A stretch of DNA of 32,000 bases, taken from Candidatus Omnitrophota bacterium (GTDB lineage: Bacteria; Omnitrophota; Gorgyraeia; Zapsychrales; JANLHA01). Position numbers and translations under genes: made by a program. The stretch covers positions 540,001-572,000 of the forward strand of contig OY759724.1 of assembly GCA_963662715.1 (NCBI GenBank), given 5' to 3'. This document shows positions 23,097 through 32,000 of the stretch, in pieces (position 1 is the stretch's first letter; each line of letters begins with the position of its first letter). The notes under the pieces were generated by a model, which was not told the DNA's origin, made no database searches, and saw only the letters and a list, made by a program, of their open reading frames with translations.

Positions 23097-23693
23097 TCAT
23101 ATTAAATCTTTTAAAGCTTCTTTCTGATTTTTATATATACGAATATTAGAGCCCGCCCCTTCTATTTCTAAATAACTCTCTAAGGTAGTATCTTGTGTAT
23201 TTATGAGACCCAATCTCTTGTCTTGCTTTTTCAGCTGACTTATTAAAGAAACCATATACGCTAAGGTTGAGCTATCAATGTGTGTAACTTCCCTGAAATC
23301 TAAAATAATATTTCTGTCGATATATTCTCTCATCTCATCCGTTATCTCAGTATCAATAATTGGCACGGTAGAGGAATCGATTACGCCTTGAAATATTACT
23401 ATTATAGTCCCGTTTAATCGTTTGATTTCTTTAATAGAGGGTAATAACTTGCCTTTTTCATCCCTGAAAATATCTACTACAGACCGTATCCTTGTTCGAC
23501 ATTTCTTCCGCCCTACAACAGAAATAGCCAACCCTATAATAATTCCAATTAGTATAGTTGAAAATAAAACAATAGCTCTGCTTGCTTCAAAGGTCCAAAA
23601 CAAAAACTTAACCTTTGTGGCTTCGTAATTCTGAGTTGTAAAAACCACCACAAGTGATAGCAGAATTAATATTGAAATTATCTTCCAGTTCAT
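23097..23693 (-). CDS. Membrane-anchored STAS-domain protein (LapA/DUF1049-like N-terminal TM module fused to an anti-sigma-antagonist-like STAS domain)
   Basis: 198 aa. The N-terminus ILILLSLVVVFTTQNYEATKVKFLFWTFEASRAIVLFSTILIGIIIGLAISVV matches the LapA_dom pattern (..QN...V.v.F..w). The C-terminus VIFQGVIDSSTVPIID...ILDFREVTHIDSSTLAYMVSLISQLKKQDKRLGLIN is STAS-like. Confidence 0.65.
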   Translation of the reverse strand: MNWKIISILILLSLVVVFTTQNYEATKVKFLFWTFEASRAIVLFSTILIGIIIGLAISVVGRKKCRTRIRSVVDIFRDEKGKLLPSIKEIKRLNGTIIVIFQGVIDSSTVPIIDTEITDEMREYIDRNIILDFREVTHIDSSTLAYMVSLISQLKKQDKRLGLINTQDTTLESYLEIEGAGSNIRIYKNQKEALKDLI

Positions 23694-23772
23694 TTAGTTT
23701 CCCTTCATACTTTGTCATCAAGAAATGTTAACGCTGTTCACAGAATCATTACAGTTTCAGGAAAACCAAGGC

Positions 23773-23883
23773 TCATACATGTTTTTTACGTTTGTCAGCC
23801 ATTTTCCGATTTCTTCTGGAAGACTCCTGAATTCGTTTTCCGTAATTGTATTTCGCTGAAATCTTATTGCTTTTAGATGTCAT
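23773..23883 (-). CDS. Candidate small, highly basic protein (36 aa)
   Basis: Below the ORF-track size cut-off. My own translation gives MTSKSNKISAKYNYGKRIQESSRRNRKMADKRKKHV. GGAGGTG lies 4 nt upstream of the ATG. No homology is recognised. Confidence 0.3.
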   Translation of the reverse strand: MTSKSNKISAKYNYGKRIQESSRRNRKMADKRKKHV

Positions 23884-23959
23884 ATCGCACCTCCAACAAG
23901 ATTACTTTTCCTTCACAGTCATAAATATTACCTAACCGTTGACCATGAGGTAAGGATTT

Positions 23960-24265
23960 TTATTCTTTTTTTCTACGCCATTTCAAATTGCAATCTGTTT
24001 TGTAATCCCTAAATATAAGAGGGATATTATCATGGCATTTATGACCTGTTAGATACCTTATAATAGTTTCTTTATCGCAATCTACTAAAATCTCTTTAAG
24101 GTGTTCTTTTTTATAAAGCATTTGTTCTTTAGATAACTTTGCGAATTCATCAGGTTTTTCTAAATAATCGACCTTCAACTTAAGCCATTCAATATTTCTT
24201 TCTAACCCCATAATCCATTCTTTACTTGCTCCGCCGAATAAATGTGCAAGTGTTTTTCTTATCAT
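23960..24265 (-). CDS. Hypothetical protein (101 aa)
   Basis: An ORF with an AGGAG Shine-Dalgarno sequence about 8 nt upstream of the ATG. Helical, charged composition. No family recognised. Confidence 0.5.
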   Translation of the reverse strand: MIRKTLAHLFGGASKEWIMGLERNIEWLKLKVDYLEKPDEFAKLSKEQMLYKKEHLKEILVDCDKETIIRYLTGHKCHDNIPLIFRDYKTDCNLKWRRKKE

Positions 24266-24351
24266 TTTATTTCTCCTATTTAAACTACCCTCATAACCTT
24301 GCCATAGACCGCAAGGTTATTAGTCGTTTATTTACATTTTAGTTTACACCT

Positions 24352-24396
24352 AACAAAAATCCTCTGTAATATATTGAACACATTATATCACAGAGG
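24352..24396 (-). terminator. Intrinsic terminator downstream of the stand-alone PAS gene
   Basis: 13-bp stem with one mismatch: CCTCTGTAATATA (24361..24373) pairs with TATATCACAGAGG (24384..24396), with a 10-nt loop. On the minus strand the stem is followed by ATTTTTGTT. Confidence 0.55.
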
Positions 24397-24575
24397 GTCA
24401 GAAAACCAAACTCCCCCTATTGGACGACTTTCGCAACTGGTTATGCTCTGAAGAAGCCGAAAAATTATGTCAAGAACTCACTAATGTTACTTAAACTGTT
24501 CCTTTATCCCTCGGCTTCGCTCGGGACTCCCTTCGGTCGCTTTGGGGTAGGAAGCGTCTGTATTCAACTTAAAGC

Positions 24576-25058
24576 TTACGGGTTTTTCTTTAACCGTGTT
24601 TCTAACTCCCTTATCTTCTTATGGAGCTCATCTATTTTTTTGCGTTCGGTGATGTCTTCGATAGTAAGTATGATCAGCTTCGTGCGATTGGCCTCCAGAT
24701 AAATTCGGCAGGCATTCAGGAGCATTATCTTCTTGCCGATATCAGGAAAGACATGCTCAACCTCAAAGTTATCAAAGCTTGTGGTCTTAGGAAGGATATC
24801 CTCCAGCAACTCTCGCAGTTTCGGAATATCCCATTGATGATTCCCTAAATCATAGATATGCTGATCCTCGGTTTCCTCAGGGTTCACCTTGAAGACTTGA
24901 TAGAAGGAGCGATTGGCCAAGGCTACGGTTAAATCATCCTGCAGAATTATTAAGGGATTACGCACAGTATTTATGATACTCTTGGTGTAATCAAGGGCAT
25001 CTTGAATTTCCAGTTCTTTTATTTTCTTTTTATTTTTCATGGCTTCATCTCCATTCAT
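24576..25058 (-). CDS. Stand-alone PAS-domain sensor protein
   Basis: 160 aa. IINTVRNPLIILQDDLTVALANRSFYQVFKV...HIYDLGNHQWDIPKLRELLEDILP...IEDITERKK. This is a close paralogue of the N-terminal PAS domain of the adjacent 488-aa protein. Confidence 0.8.
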   Translation of the reverse strand: MNGDEAMKNKKKIKELEIQDALDYTKSIINTVRNPLIILQDDLTVALANRSFYQVFKVNPEETEDQHIYDLGNHQWDIPKLRELLEDILPKTTSFDNFEVEHVFPDIGKKIMLLNACRIYLEANRTKLIILTIEDITERKKIDELHKKIRELETRLKKNP

Positions 25059-25129
25059 TATTACCCGTAGTGGTACGAATTTATATCCTGCCAGCCTTAG
25101 TATAGTAGGACTCGAAGGGATTCCCGAAT

Positions 25130-26596
25130 CTATTCTCCCTCTACAAGCTTAACAAATTCATCTACAAGCCTTGGCTCAAACTGGGTTCCTGAATATTTCC
25201 TCAACTCTGTTATTGCTTCTTTCTTACTTATCTTATCGCGATAAGGCCTTGTGCTTGTCATGGCATCATAAGCATCCATTATTGAAAATATCCTGCATTC
25301 CAAGGGGATCCCTTCACCCTTAAGCCCATCAGAATAACCGTTTCCATCCCAGAATTCATGATGGTGGAGAATAAGATTAGCTATATAAAACAACTCCTTT
25401 GACCGAGCTGCTATCCTATTTCCAATTCGTACGTGGTCTTTCATTATTTTATATTCTTCTTCAGAGAGCTTTCTTGGCTTGAACAGTATTTTATCAGAAA
25501 TACCGACTTTGCCCACATCATGCACCTTAGCCAAAAGAATAAGATTTCTTCTCTCATCATCCGAAAGATTTATCTTATCCGCTATCATTACCGCCAAATC
25601 TGTTAGTCTTTCCGAATGCCCCTGAGCCATAAAATCTCTCTCTGACAAAGTTGTTAACAACATATCTACTACTCCACTCTGCGGACTGTCGGTATGAATA
25701 ACTTTATATTCATACATATTCTCATCCGCCCTGCGATATACGTCATAGATGTTTTCTCCCTCAACACCTTCAGATGTCGCCACTCCTATGGACATATTCA
25801 TTTTAGTTGATGGATTCTTATCATTATGTTCGTCAATCAATTTAGTAATTTCAGCTTTTTTGGCTATAGCAGCTTGGTAATCAGTGTTGGGAAGTATTAT
25901 GCAGAATTCATCTCCGCCAAGCCTTGCTATCATATCTATCTTTCTAAAAGGCATCGATATGATTTTAGACGCCATAAGCAGGAGTTCATCACCGGCTTCA
26001 TGTCCCAACGTATCATTTATTAATTTTAATCCATCGATATCTATTGAAATAATACTTATCGGTGACGAGCGCGAGAAATCTTTACCCAGGCGTGCCAACT
26101 CTTGAGCAAAATACGCTCTGCTATAAAGCCCTGTCAAGTCATCATGAAAACTCATATATTTAAAATGTTCTTCTCTTTTTTGTAGCTTCTTTTCCAGCTT
26201 CTTACGTTCGGTGATATCCTCAATGGCAAGAAGAATCATCTCTGTCTGATTAGTTTCTCTAAATATTTTTCGTGCGTTCAAAAGCATTGTCTTCTTCCCG
26301 ATGGCAGGAAATTCATGCTCTACCTCGTAATCGTCGAATGTGCTGTGCTTGGGCAGAATTTCATTCAGCAACTCACGGAGTTTAGGGATGTCCCATTGTT
26401 GGTTGCCCAGATCATAGATGAGCTGCCCTTCAGTCTTTTCGGGAATCACTTTGAAGGTCTGGTAGAAAGAACGGTTAGCCGAGACTACCCGCAAGTCTGA
26501 GTCTAAAACTAATAAAGGCTCACGGATGGTATCAATTATATTCTGGGCATATCCCAGAGAATCCTTGGAAAAGTGTTTTTTCTTTATGCTGACCAT
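25130..26596 (-). CDS. PAS-GGDEF-HD-GYP c-di-GMP turnover protein
   Basis: 488 aa. The PAS domain is as in the neighbouring gene. The GGDEF domain has an intact I-site and A-site, RKIDMIARLGGDEF. The HD-GYP domain has AKVHDVGKVGI and HHHEFWDGNGYSDGLKGEGIPLECRIFSIMDAYDAMTSTRPYR, with GYS in place of GYP. Confidence 0.88.
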   Translation of the reverse strand: MVSIKKKHFSKDSLGYAQNIIDTIREPLLVLDSDLRVVSANRSFYQTFKVIPEKTEGQLIYDLGNQQWDIPKLRELLNEILPKHSTFDDYEVEHEFPAIGKKTMLLNARKIFRETNQTEMILLAIEDITERKKLEKKLQKREEHFKYMSFHDDLTGLYSRAYFAQELARLGKDFSRSSPISIISIDIDGLKLINDTLGHEAGDELLLMASKIISMPFRKIDMIARLGGDEFCIILPNTDYQAAIAKKAEITKLIDEHNDKNPSTKMNMSIGVATSEGVEGENIYDVYRRADENMYEYKVIHTDSPQSGVVDMLLTTLSERDFMAQGHSERLTDLAVMIADKINLSDDERRNLILLAKVHDVGKVGISDKILFKPRKLSEEEYKIMKDHVRIGNRIAARSKELFYIANLILHHHEFWDGNGYSDGLKGEGIPLECRIFSIMDAYDAMTSTRPYRDKISKKEAITELRKYSGTQFEPRLVDEFVKLVEGE

Positions 26597-26693
26597 TTTC
26601 TTTAAAAACCTGCCTTTTAGTAATCTTATTAGTTTAATGCTAAAAAATAATCGTTACAGTTGTTAAGATTTGCCATTTCCCATTATTTAGAAA

Positions 26694-27431
26694 TTATTTT
26701 TTTGCCCTCAAGCTCGAGCTTATTTTCTCGTATTTAATTTCATCAAGATAAAATATAATATCCTGATTTCCGTTCATATTTGCCACCCAACAGAATCCCC
26801 CGATAATACGGCTTAATGGTTCCATTTCCTTCACCCAGCTAGGGTCTCCCTTAGAAACAATAAGTTTGGGTGCAAGCCCTTCACGACTTATTGTATACTG
26901 TTGCCAATCACGGGATAAAATAACAGGACCGATGGATCTTATCCCGACATCACGATATTCGCTTATTATCCCGCCTATCTGGAATAAAGAAATTTTTTCC
27001 CCACCTTTTTCACCTCTAGCCCAAAAAGTCAGCCTATCTGCATTTCTTAAGTCATATCCGCCGGGTTTATCTCCCCAATTGTCTGCTGGATCCAACCAGT
27101 ATAATCCGGCCCAGCCGACCTTTTTAGATTCGCTGTTTTTATAAACGATTTTTATACAAGTATTCCCGGAAAACGGTTCTTGCTTATTATAGAGATCAAT
27201 CTTTAAATCTTTAAAATCACCCATATATCCAGAAGGAGAGAAATTATTACCCGGAGAATTTCCATCTTTATACACGTAAAAAGGGAAATCATTAACCGGT
27301 TTGCCTGGTTGATAGACATCATTAATATTTTCTTCGTACGGTAAAATGTCATTTTTTTCTTCCGCGAGTGTTATAGAAGCAACTACAAAATGCAAGACTA
27401 TTGTTGAAATTAATATTGGTTTAAATTTCAT
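26694..27431 (-). CDS. Secreted hypothetical protein, possibly a carbohydrate-binding-module-like beta-sandwich
   Basis: 245 aa. Signal peptide MKFKPILISTIVLHFVVASITLAEE. Strong AAGGAGGG Shine-Dalgarno sequence. The segment GWAGLYWLDPADNWGDKPGGYDLRNADRLTFWARGEKGGEKI resembles CBM-like domains, but that is a weak call made by eye. Confidence 0.45.
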   Translation of the reverse strand: MKFKPILISTIVLHFVVASITLAEEKNDILPYEENINDVYQPGKPVNDFPFYVYKDGNSPGNNFSPSGYMGDFKDLKIDLYNKQEPFSGNTCIKIVYKNSESKKVGWAGLYWLDPADNWGDKPGGYDLRNADRLTFWARGEKGGEKISLFQIGGIISEYRDVGIRSIGPVILSRDWQQYTISREGLAPKLIVSKGDPSWVKEMEPLSRIIGGFCWVANMNGNQDIIFYLDEIKYEKISSSLRAKK

Positions 27432-27470
27432 GTGCCCTCCTTTAAAAAGAGTTGGTTAAACTATTTACTG

Positions 27471-27857
27471 TTATAAATTATCCATAATCTTCTTCAACTT
27501 AAGCTGGACTTGTTGAGCAATACCTTCCAAGTGGATATTCTTTATGGTTTGCATGGATACAACCGGATCTATAGCAGCAACCTCTACTTTGCCTTCACTG
27601 ATTTCCTGGACAATTACATTGCTTGGCAGCATTAGACCAATTTTATCTTCAATCTTTAAGGCTTCGTATGCATATGGAGGATTACAGGCGCCAAGAATTC
27701 TGTATTTTCGAAAATCGACATCCAATTTTCTCTTTAGTGTTGCCTTAACATCAATATCCGTGAGAACACCGAATCCTTCTTTTTTGAGTTCTTCGATAGT
27801 TTTGGTGACGGCTTCGTCAAAATCAATTTTTAAAAGTTTATTATAATAATAATTCAT
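27471..27857 (-). CDS. DUF302-domain protein
   Basis: FGVLTDIDVKATLKRKLDVDFRKYRILGACNPPYAYEAL...GLMLPSNVIV matches the DUF302 consensus (GACNP...lLPCnv). I prefer the ATG at 27857 over the track's TTG at 27881. Confidence 0.8.
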   Translation of the reverse strand: MNYYYNKLLKIDFDEAVTKTIEELKKEGFGVLTDIDVKATLKRKLDVDFRKYRILGACNPPYAYEALKIEDKIGLMLPSNVIVQEISEGKVEVAAIDPVVSMQTIKNIHLEGIAQQVQLKLKKIMDNL

Positions 27858-27889
27858 ACTATGCCCCTTTTTTGTGAACAATGCTTTAA

Positions 27890-30163
27890 TTACCCTAGTT
27901 TCAAATGCCGCAATCTGAGCGCGTTCCCGATGACGGAAACAGAACTAAAACTCATTGCTGCCCCGGCAATCATCGGACTTAACAGAATACCAAAAACTGG
28001 ATAAAGGACGCCTGCTGCAATTGGTACACCTAATGCATTGTAAATAAAAGCAAAGAAAAGATTTTGACGAATATTTTTCATAACGCCTCGGCTAAGACGA
28101 ATTGCTTTTACGATACCATTCAAGTCACCCTTCACTAGAGTAATTCCAGCGCTCTCAATAGCCACATCAGTTCCTGTACCCATCGCAATACCAACATCTG
28201 CTTCAGCTAGCGCAGGCGCATCATTAATCCCGTCACCTGCTACCATAACAACCGCACCATCTTCTTTAAATTTTATTACAATTTGCTGCTTTTCTTTCGG
28301 CTCAAGCTCTGAGCGAACATCATTTATTCCCAATTCTTTGGCAATTACTGCAGCGGTTCTACGATTGTCACCTGTCAGCATAACGATTTTAATACCCATA
28401 TCATGAAGGGCCTTTACCGCTTCCTGTGTTGTTTTCTTGATAGGATCAGCTATCCCTAAGATACCCGCAACCTTTTGGTCTAGAGCGACCCACATAACCG
28501 TTTGTGCCTTTCCCTGAAGTTCAGATGCCTTTTCTTTTAAATCTTCAGGAAGGACTATTCCATATCCCTCTACGAATTTCTGTTTACCGACAAGTATCAA
28601 TCTTCCATTAACTTTACCCTTAATACCGCCTCCCGTGACAGATTCAAAATCTTCAACATGCTCCAATTTTATCCCTTGTTCCTCAGCATAATCTACCACG
28701 GCTCTTGCTAATGGATGTTCGCTGCTTTGCTCAAGAGATGCGGTAATTTTTAATAATGAGGTATTATCCAAATTTTGTGCGGGGATAGTAGCTGTTACTT
28801 GTGGCTTGCCTGCCGTTAGCGTACCGGTTTTATCCGTAAGCAGATGGGTAATCTTCTCGGTTCTCTCGATTGCCTCTGCGTTTTTAATGAGAATTCCTGC
28901 TTGTGTTCCTCGTCCAACTCCAACCATAATTGACATGGGAGTTGCCAAACCTAACGCACACGGACAGGCAATGATTAGGACTGCTATCGCATTCACCAAA
29001 GCATAAGCTAATGCAGGGTACGGTCCAATCGCCATCCAAATAAGAAAAGTAATCACAGAAATTGCTATAACGATTGGCACAAAGTAACTTGCAACTTTAT
29101 TCGCTAATCCTTGAATAGGGGCACGGCTGCGTTGAGCTTCAGATACCATATTGATAATTTGAGAGAGTAACGTCTCAGAACCAATTTTCTGTGTCTTCAA
29201 GACAAAAGTTCCTGTTTGATTAACGGTCGCTCCAATAACATAATCCCCTTTTGTTTTCTCAACAGCAATAGGCTCTCCAGAAATCATGGATTCATCGATC
29301 GTACTTTTCCCCTCTACTATTATTCCATCCAAAGGCACTTTTTCTCCAGGACGGACTCTTAATAGGTCACCTTTCTGAATATCATCAATATGCACCTCTT
29401 TTTCCTGTCCATCAATAATATGGTGAGCCATTTTGGCAGCCAATCCCAAAAGAGCTTTGATTGCTTTGCCTGTCTTCGCTCTAGCCTTTGCTTCAAGTAA
29501 TTGGCCAAGTAAAACTAAAACAGTAATGACCGCCGCTGACTCGAAATAAAGTCTTAAAGCGCCATTTTGCTTTATTGCTTCTGGAAAAATATTTGGCACA
29601 AGTACCGCGACTGCACTATAAAAGTAAGCAACCCCTACACCAGTCGCAATAAGTGTAAACATATTCAAACTACGGTTGATAATTGATTTCCATGCTCTTT
29701 TAAAAAATATTCCGCCCGCAAAAAAAACAACAGGTGTTGTTAATACCAATTGAAGCCATTGCATAGCTTTTGGTGAAAATGAAGATATTTCATTAAAGGG
29801 AAGCAGGTCTCCCATTGCGATAATAAAAACAGGCAATGTTAATATTAACCCAATCCAAAACTTAAGAGATAATGAACGGATTTCTCTAGAGCCCTCTTCT
29901 TCCTCTGATGAAGCATGCTTGGGCTCTAAAGACATACCACATTTAGGGCAATCACCTGGATAATACTGCTCTATTTCAGTATGCATAGGGCAGGTGTAAA
30001 CAACTTTTTCCGAAGTATCAGATGGATGAGGATTAGTTTTTTGACCAGAAACAAACTTCTCCCGGCAAGTTTCGCTACAAAAATAATAAGCCTCAGAATC
30101 TTGCCACAACTTTATCGATCTATTTTCCTCTACATTCATTCCGCAAACAGGATCTATAAACAT
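27890..30163 (-). CDS. copA: Copper-translocating P1B-type ATPase with N-terminal YHS/TRASH-like and Cys4 zinc-ribbon-like metal-binding modules
   Basis: 757 aa. CPC motif in [19 protein letters not shown] phosphorylation site. [10 protein letters not shown] hinge. The N-terminus has [11 protein letters not shown]...[12 protein letters not shown] (YHS/TRASH type) and [26 protein letters not shown]. Confidence 0.92.
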   Translation of the reverse strand: MFIDPVCGMNVEENRSIKLWQDSEAYYFCSETCREKFVSGQKTNPHPSDTSEKVVYTCPMHTEIEQYYPGDCPKCGMSLEPKHASSEEEEGSREIRSLSLKFWIGLILTLPVFIIAMGDLLPFNEISSFSPKAMQWLQLVLTTPVVFFAGGIFFKRAWKSIINRSLNMFTLIATGVGVAYFYSAVAVLVPNIFPEAIKQNGALRLYFESAAVITVLVLLGQLLEAKARAKTGKAIKALLGLAAKMAHHIIDGQEKEVHIDDIQKGDLLRVRPGEKVPLDGIIVEGKSTIDESMISGEPIAVEKTKGDYVIGATVNQTGTFVLKTQKIGSETLLSQIINMVSEAQRSRAPIQGLANKVASYFVPIVIAISVITFLIWMAIGPYPALAYALVNAIAVLIIACPCALGLATPMSIMVGVGRGTQAGILIKNAEAIERTEKITHLLTDKTGTLTAGKPQVTATIPAQNLDNTSLLKITASLEQSSEHPLARAVVDYAEEQGIKLEHVEDFESVTGGGIKGKVNGRLILVGKQKFVEGYGIVLPEDLKEKASELQGKAQTVMWVALDQKVAGILGIADPIKKTTQEAVKALHDMGIKIVMLTGDNRRTAAVIAKELGINDVRSELEPKEKQQIVIKFKEDGAVVMVAGDGINDAPALAEADVGIAMGTGTDVAIESAGITLVKGDLNGIVKAIRLSRGVMKNIRQNLFFAFIYNALGVPIAAGVLYPVFGILLSPMIAGAAMSFSSVSVIGNALRLRHLKLG

Positions 30164-30175
30164 AAAAGTTTTCCT

Positions 30176-31519
30176 TTATATTGCCAAATCATGTTTCTCA
30201 GTATGATTGTGTACCCTCTTTTTTGAAAAAAACAACGCTGCTCCAAGAGATAACGGACCAATCCGGCCCATGAACATCAACATAATGACTATCATTTTAC
30301 CAATAACCGTAAGATTTGGTGTTAACCCTGTACTTAACCCAACCGTGCTTAATGCAGATACGGCTTCGAAAATAATTTCAAAAATATGGACATCTTCGGT
30401 AAGTATCAGAAAATAGATTCCAAATCCCAGTAGAATAAAATAAAAGCTGAATCGGGCTAATGCCATCCGGACACGGTATTCGGGTATTTGATTTTTGTCC
30501 CACACAACCTCTTTTCTTCCTTTGAAAGCGCTTATCATTTGTGCAAAAATGGTAGTGACTGTGGTGGATTTTAAGCCACCTCCTGTCCCTGAGGGAGAAG
30601 CCCCAACAATCATTAGAATTGTCATGAAAAATAAAACGCTGTGGGAAAAGGTTGCTATATCCAGTGTACTGAAACCCGCCGTATTTAACGCCGTCATAGC
30701 CTGAAATAATGCCATCCAGAGTTTCTCGACTAAAGGGTATTGTTGGATGCTTTGTTCAGTAAAAAAGATGACACACGTTCCGACAATCATCATGGCCAAG
30801 GTAAACTGTAAAATGATTCGACTAGTATACGTAATCTTATTTTTTTTATTTTTGAGTTTTTTCCAAAAGTCCGTTATAACAATAAAACCAATTCCGCCAA
30901 GATAACATAGAAACGTAGCCGTCACATTAAGCCAGGGGTCATTGTAGAAATTTTGCAGGTTGTTGTGAAATAGACTGAATCCTGCAGTTCCAAACATCGA
31001 GATACTGTGGAAAATGGCCTGCCAAAGGCTATTTTCTACCTGATGGTGAGAGAAAATCAGATACAGGATTATTGACCCGATGAGTTCAATGATAAACGTA
31101 AAGGCCATCACAGAAATCAGGAAATCATAAAGATTGAAATGTAGAGGAAGACTGAAGTCTGTTTTCACTAGACTTTCTTCGGTCTTCGTGATCTTCTTTG
31201 TGATCATAAGAATAATGCAAGACGCAACCGCCATATATCCCACACCGCCGATTTGTATTAATAATGCGATAATAATTTGGCCGAAAAAAGTATAACTTAT
31301 TGCTATATCTAAAGTAGCCAGGCCGGTTGTGGAAACAGCGGAAGCAGCAATGAACAGATTGTCTATTAGTGAAATATTTATTTTTTGGGCGAAGGGAAGG
31401 CATAAACAAAGTGTCCCAAAGATAATTAGTCCTAAGTAGCCTGCTATCAGAACCTTCTTAGGATCCTTTTGAGCAAAAAATGATGTTGAATGCTTTAAAA
31501 TATTTGTGTCAAAAACCAT
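30176..31519 (-). CDS. ktrB: TrkH/KtrB-family potassium transporter membrane subunit
   Basis: 447 aa. Four pore-loop motifs: AVSTTGLATLD, MFGTAGFSLF, ALNTAGFSTLD and ALSTVGLSTGLTP. The size fits KtrB. There is a 12-nt gap to the copA start. Confidence 0.85.
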   Translation of the reverse strand: MVFDTNILKHSTSFFAQKDPKKVLIAGYLGLIIFGTLCLCLPFAQKINISLIDNLFIAASAVSTTGLATLDIAISYTFFGQIIIALLIQIGGVGYMAVASCIILMITKKITKTEESLVKTDFSLPLHFNLYDFLISVMAFTFIIELIGSIILYLIFSHHQVENSLWQAIFHSISMFGTAGFSLFHNNLQNFYNDPWLNVTATFLCYLGGIGFIVITDFWKKLKNKKNKITYTSRIILQFTLAMMIVGTCVIFFTEQSIQQYPLVEKLWMALFQAMTALNTAGFSTLDIATFSHSVLFFMTILMIVGASPSGTGGGLKSTTVTTIFAQMISAFKGRKEVVWDKNQIPEYRVRMALARFSFYFILLGFGIYFLILTEDVHIFEIIFEAVSALSTVGLSTGLTPNLTVIGKMIVIMLMFMGRIGPLSLGAALFFSKKRVHNHTEKHDLAI

Positions 31520-31614
31520 CGATATTTCCTTTTTATGAAATAAGCAATCTCTTTATTATTTAGCAAACCGGTTTCCCAATAAGTTGTAAAGCCAGGTAAA
31601 TTTTGCTTTGGAAA

Positions 31615-32000
31615 TCATTGGTTTCTCGCAATCATCTTCATAAATAAATCTTCTGTATCACTACGGCGGCAAAGTTCTCTTTTAGGATTCATAACAGCAG
31701 CTGACCCTGCGGCTATCCCGAATTGGACAGCTTCACGTAATGATTTCCCTCGCGATAAAGCAAGGACAATCCCCGCTACCATGCTGTCTCCTGCGCCGAC
31801 TTTACTTACGATCGGAACAGTTGGGGAACGAAAATGCTCAAGTCCGTCTTTCGACACCATTATGGCTCCTGCCGAGCCTAATGAAATAACAACAACCTCA
31901 CATTGTTCTTCTTTAATAAACATCATGGCTGCTTCTTCTAGTTGAGATTCATTCTTAATTTCTTTTCTTGTTAATTCTTGAAGCTCATGCATATTGGGTT
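31615..32000 (-). CDS. PfkB-family carbohydrate kinase (1-phosphofructokinase / tagatose-6-P kinase-like), C-terminal part; 5' end lies beyond the window
   Basis: VVISLGSAGAIMV...VSKVGAGDSMVAGIVLAL is the PfkB signature 2 / anion-hole region. The frame is open to the window edge, upstream of the first in-window ATG. Confidence 0.8.
   Translation of the reverse strand, partial: PNMHELQELTRKEIKNESQLEEAAMMFIKEEQCEVVVISLGSAGAIMVSKDGLEHFRSPTVPIVSKVGAGDSMVAGIVLALSRGKSLREAVQFGIAAGSAAVMNPKRELCRRSDTEDLFMKMIARNQ

Noticed and set aside
24416-24493. A short plus-strand coding-like fragment, ...LDDFRNWLCSEEAEKLCQELTNVT*.
   Set aside because: I identified no start codon and recognised no family. It may be a degraded gene remnant, but I cannot support that from the sequence alone.

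Overview
This is an AT-rich bacterial chromosomal window. I saw no rRNA, tRNA or CRISPR array by eye, and the taxon cannot be assigned from the sequence alone. From left to right it contains five blocks. (1) A cell-envelope modification cluster: a partial SGNH-like CDS and an MBOAT O-acyltransferase on the minus strand, divergent from a YfhO-like polytopic membrane protein and a TPR protein on the plus strand. (2) A minimal IS200-type element carrying tnpA only, with near-identical 20-nt hairpins at both ends. (3) A 2147-aa secreted repeat protein that is visibly more GC-rich than its neighbours. It has three beta-helix modules (two of them share a 983-nt stretch that looks identical by eye), cadherin/Ig-like domains and eight tandem 82-aa repeats. 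(4) The most interesting part is a tightly coupled three-gene operon with its own near-consensus promoter, directly downstream of a compact tyrosine recombinase. It encodes an ABC/AAA_21-type ATPase, an RloB/Toprim-like protein and a 1542-aa protein. The 1542-aa protein combines an N-terminal PD-(D/E)xK-like module, a NACHT/STAND-like P-loop NTPase and about 1100 aa of helical, HEAT-like repeats. I read this operon as a candidate composite anti-phage defence system in an arrangement I do not recognise as described. (5) Housekeeping and signalling genes: PTS enzyme I, a LapA-STAS membrane fusion, a stand-alone PAS protein next to a paralogous PAS-GGDEF-HD-GYP protein, a secreted beta-sandwich-like protein, DUF302, a copper P1B-ATPase, a KtrB/TrkH K+ transporter and a partial PfkB kinase. 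All family calls come from motif recognition by eye; no searches were run.
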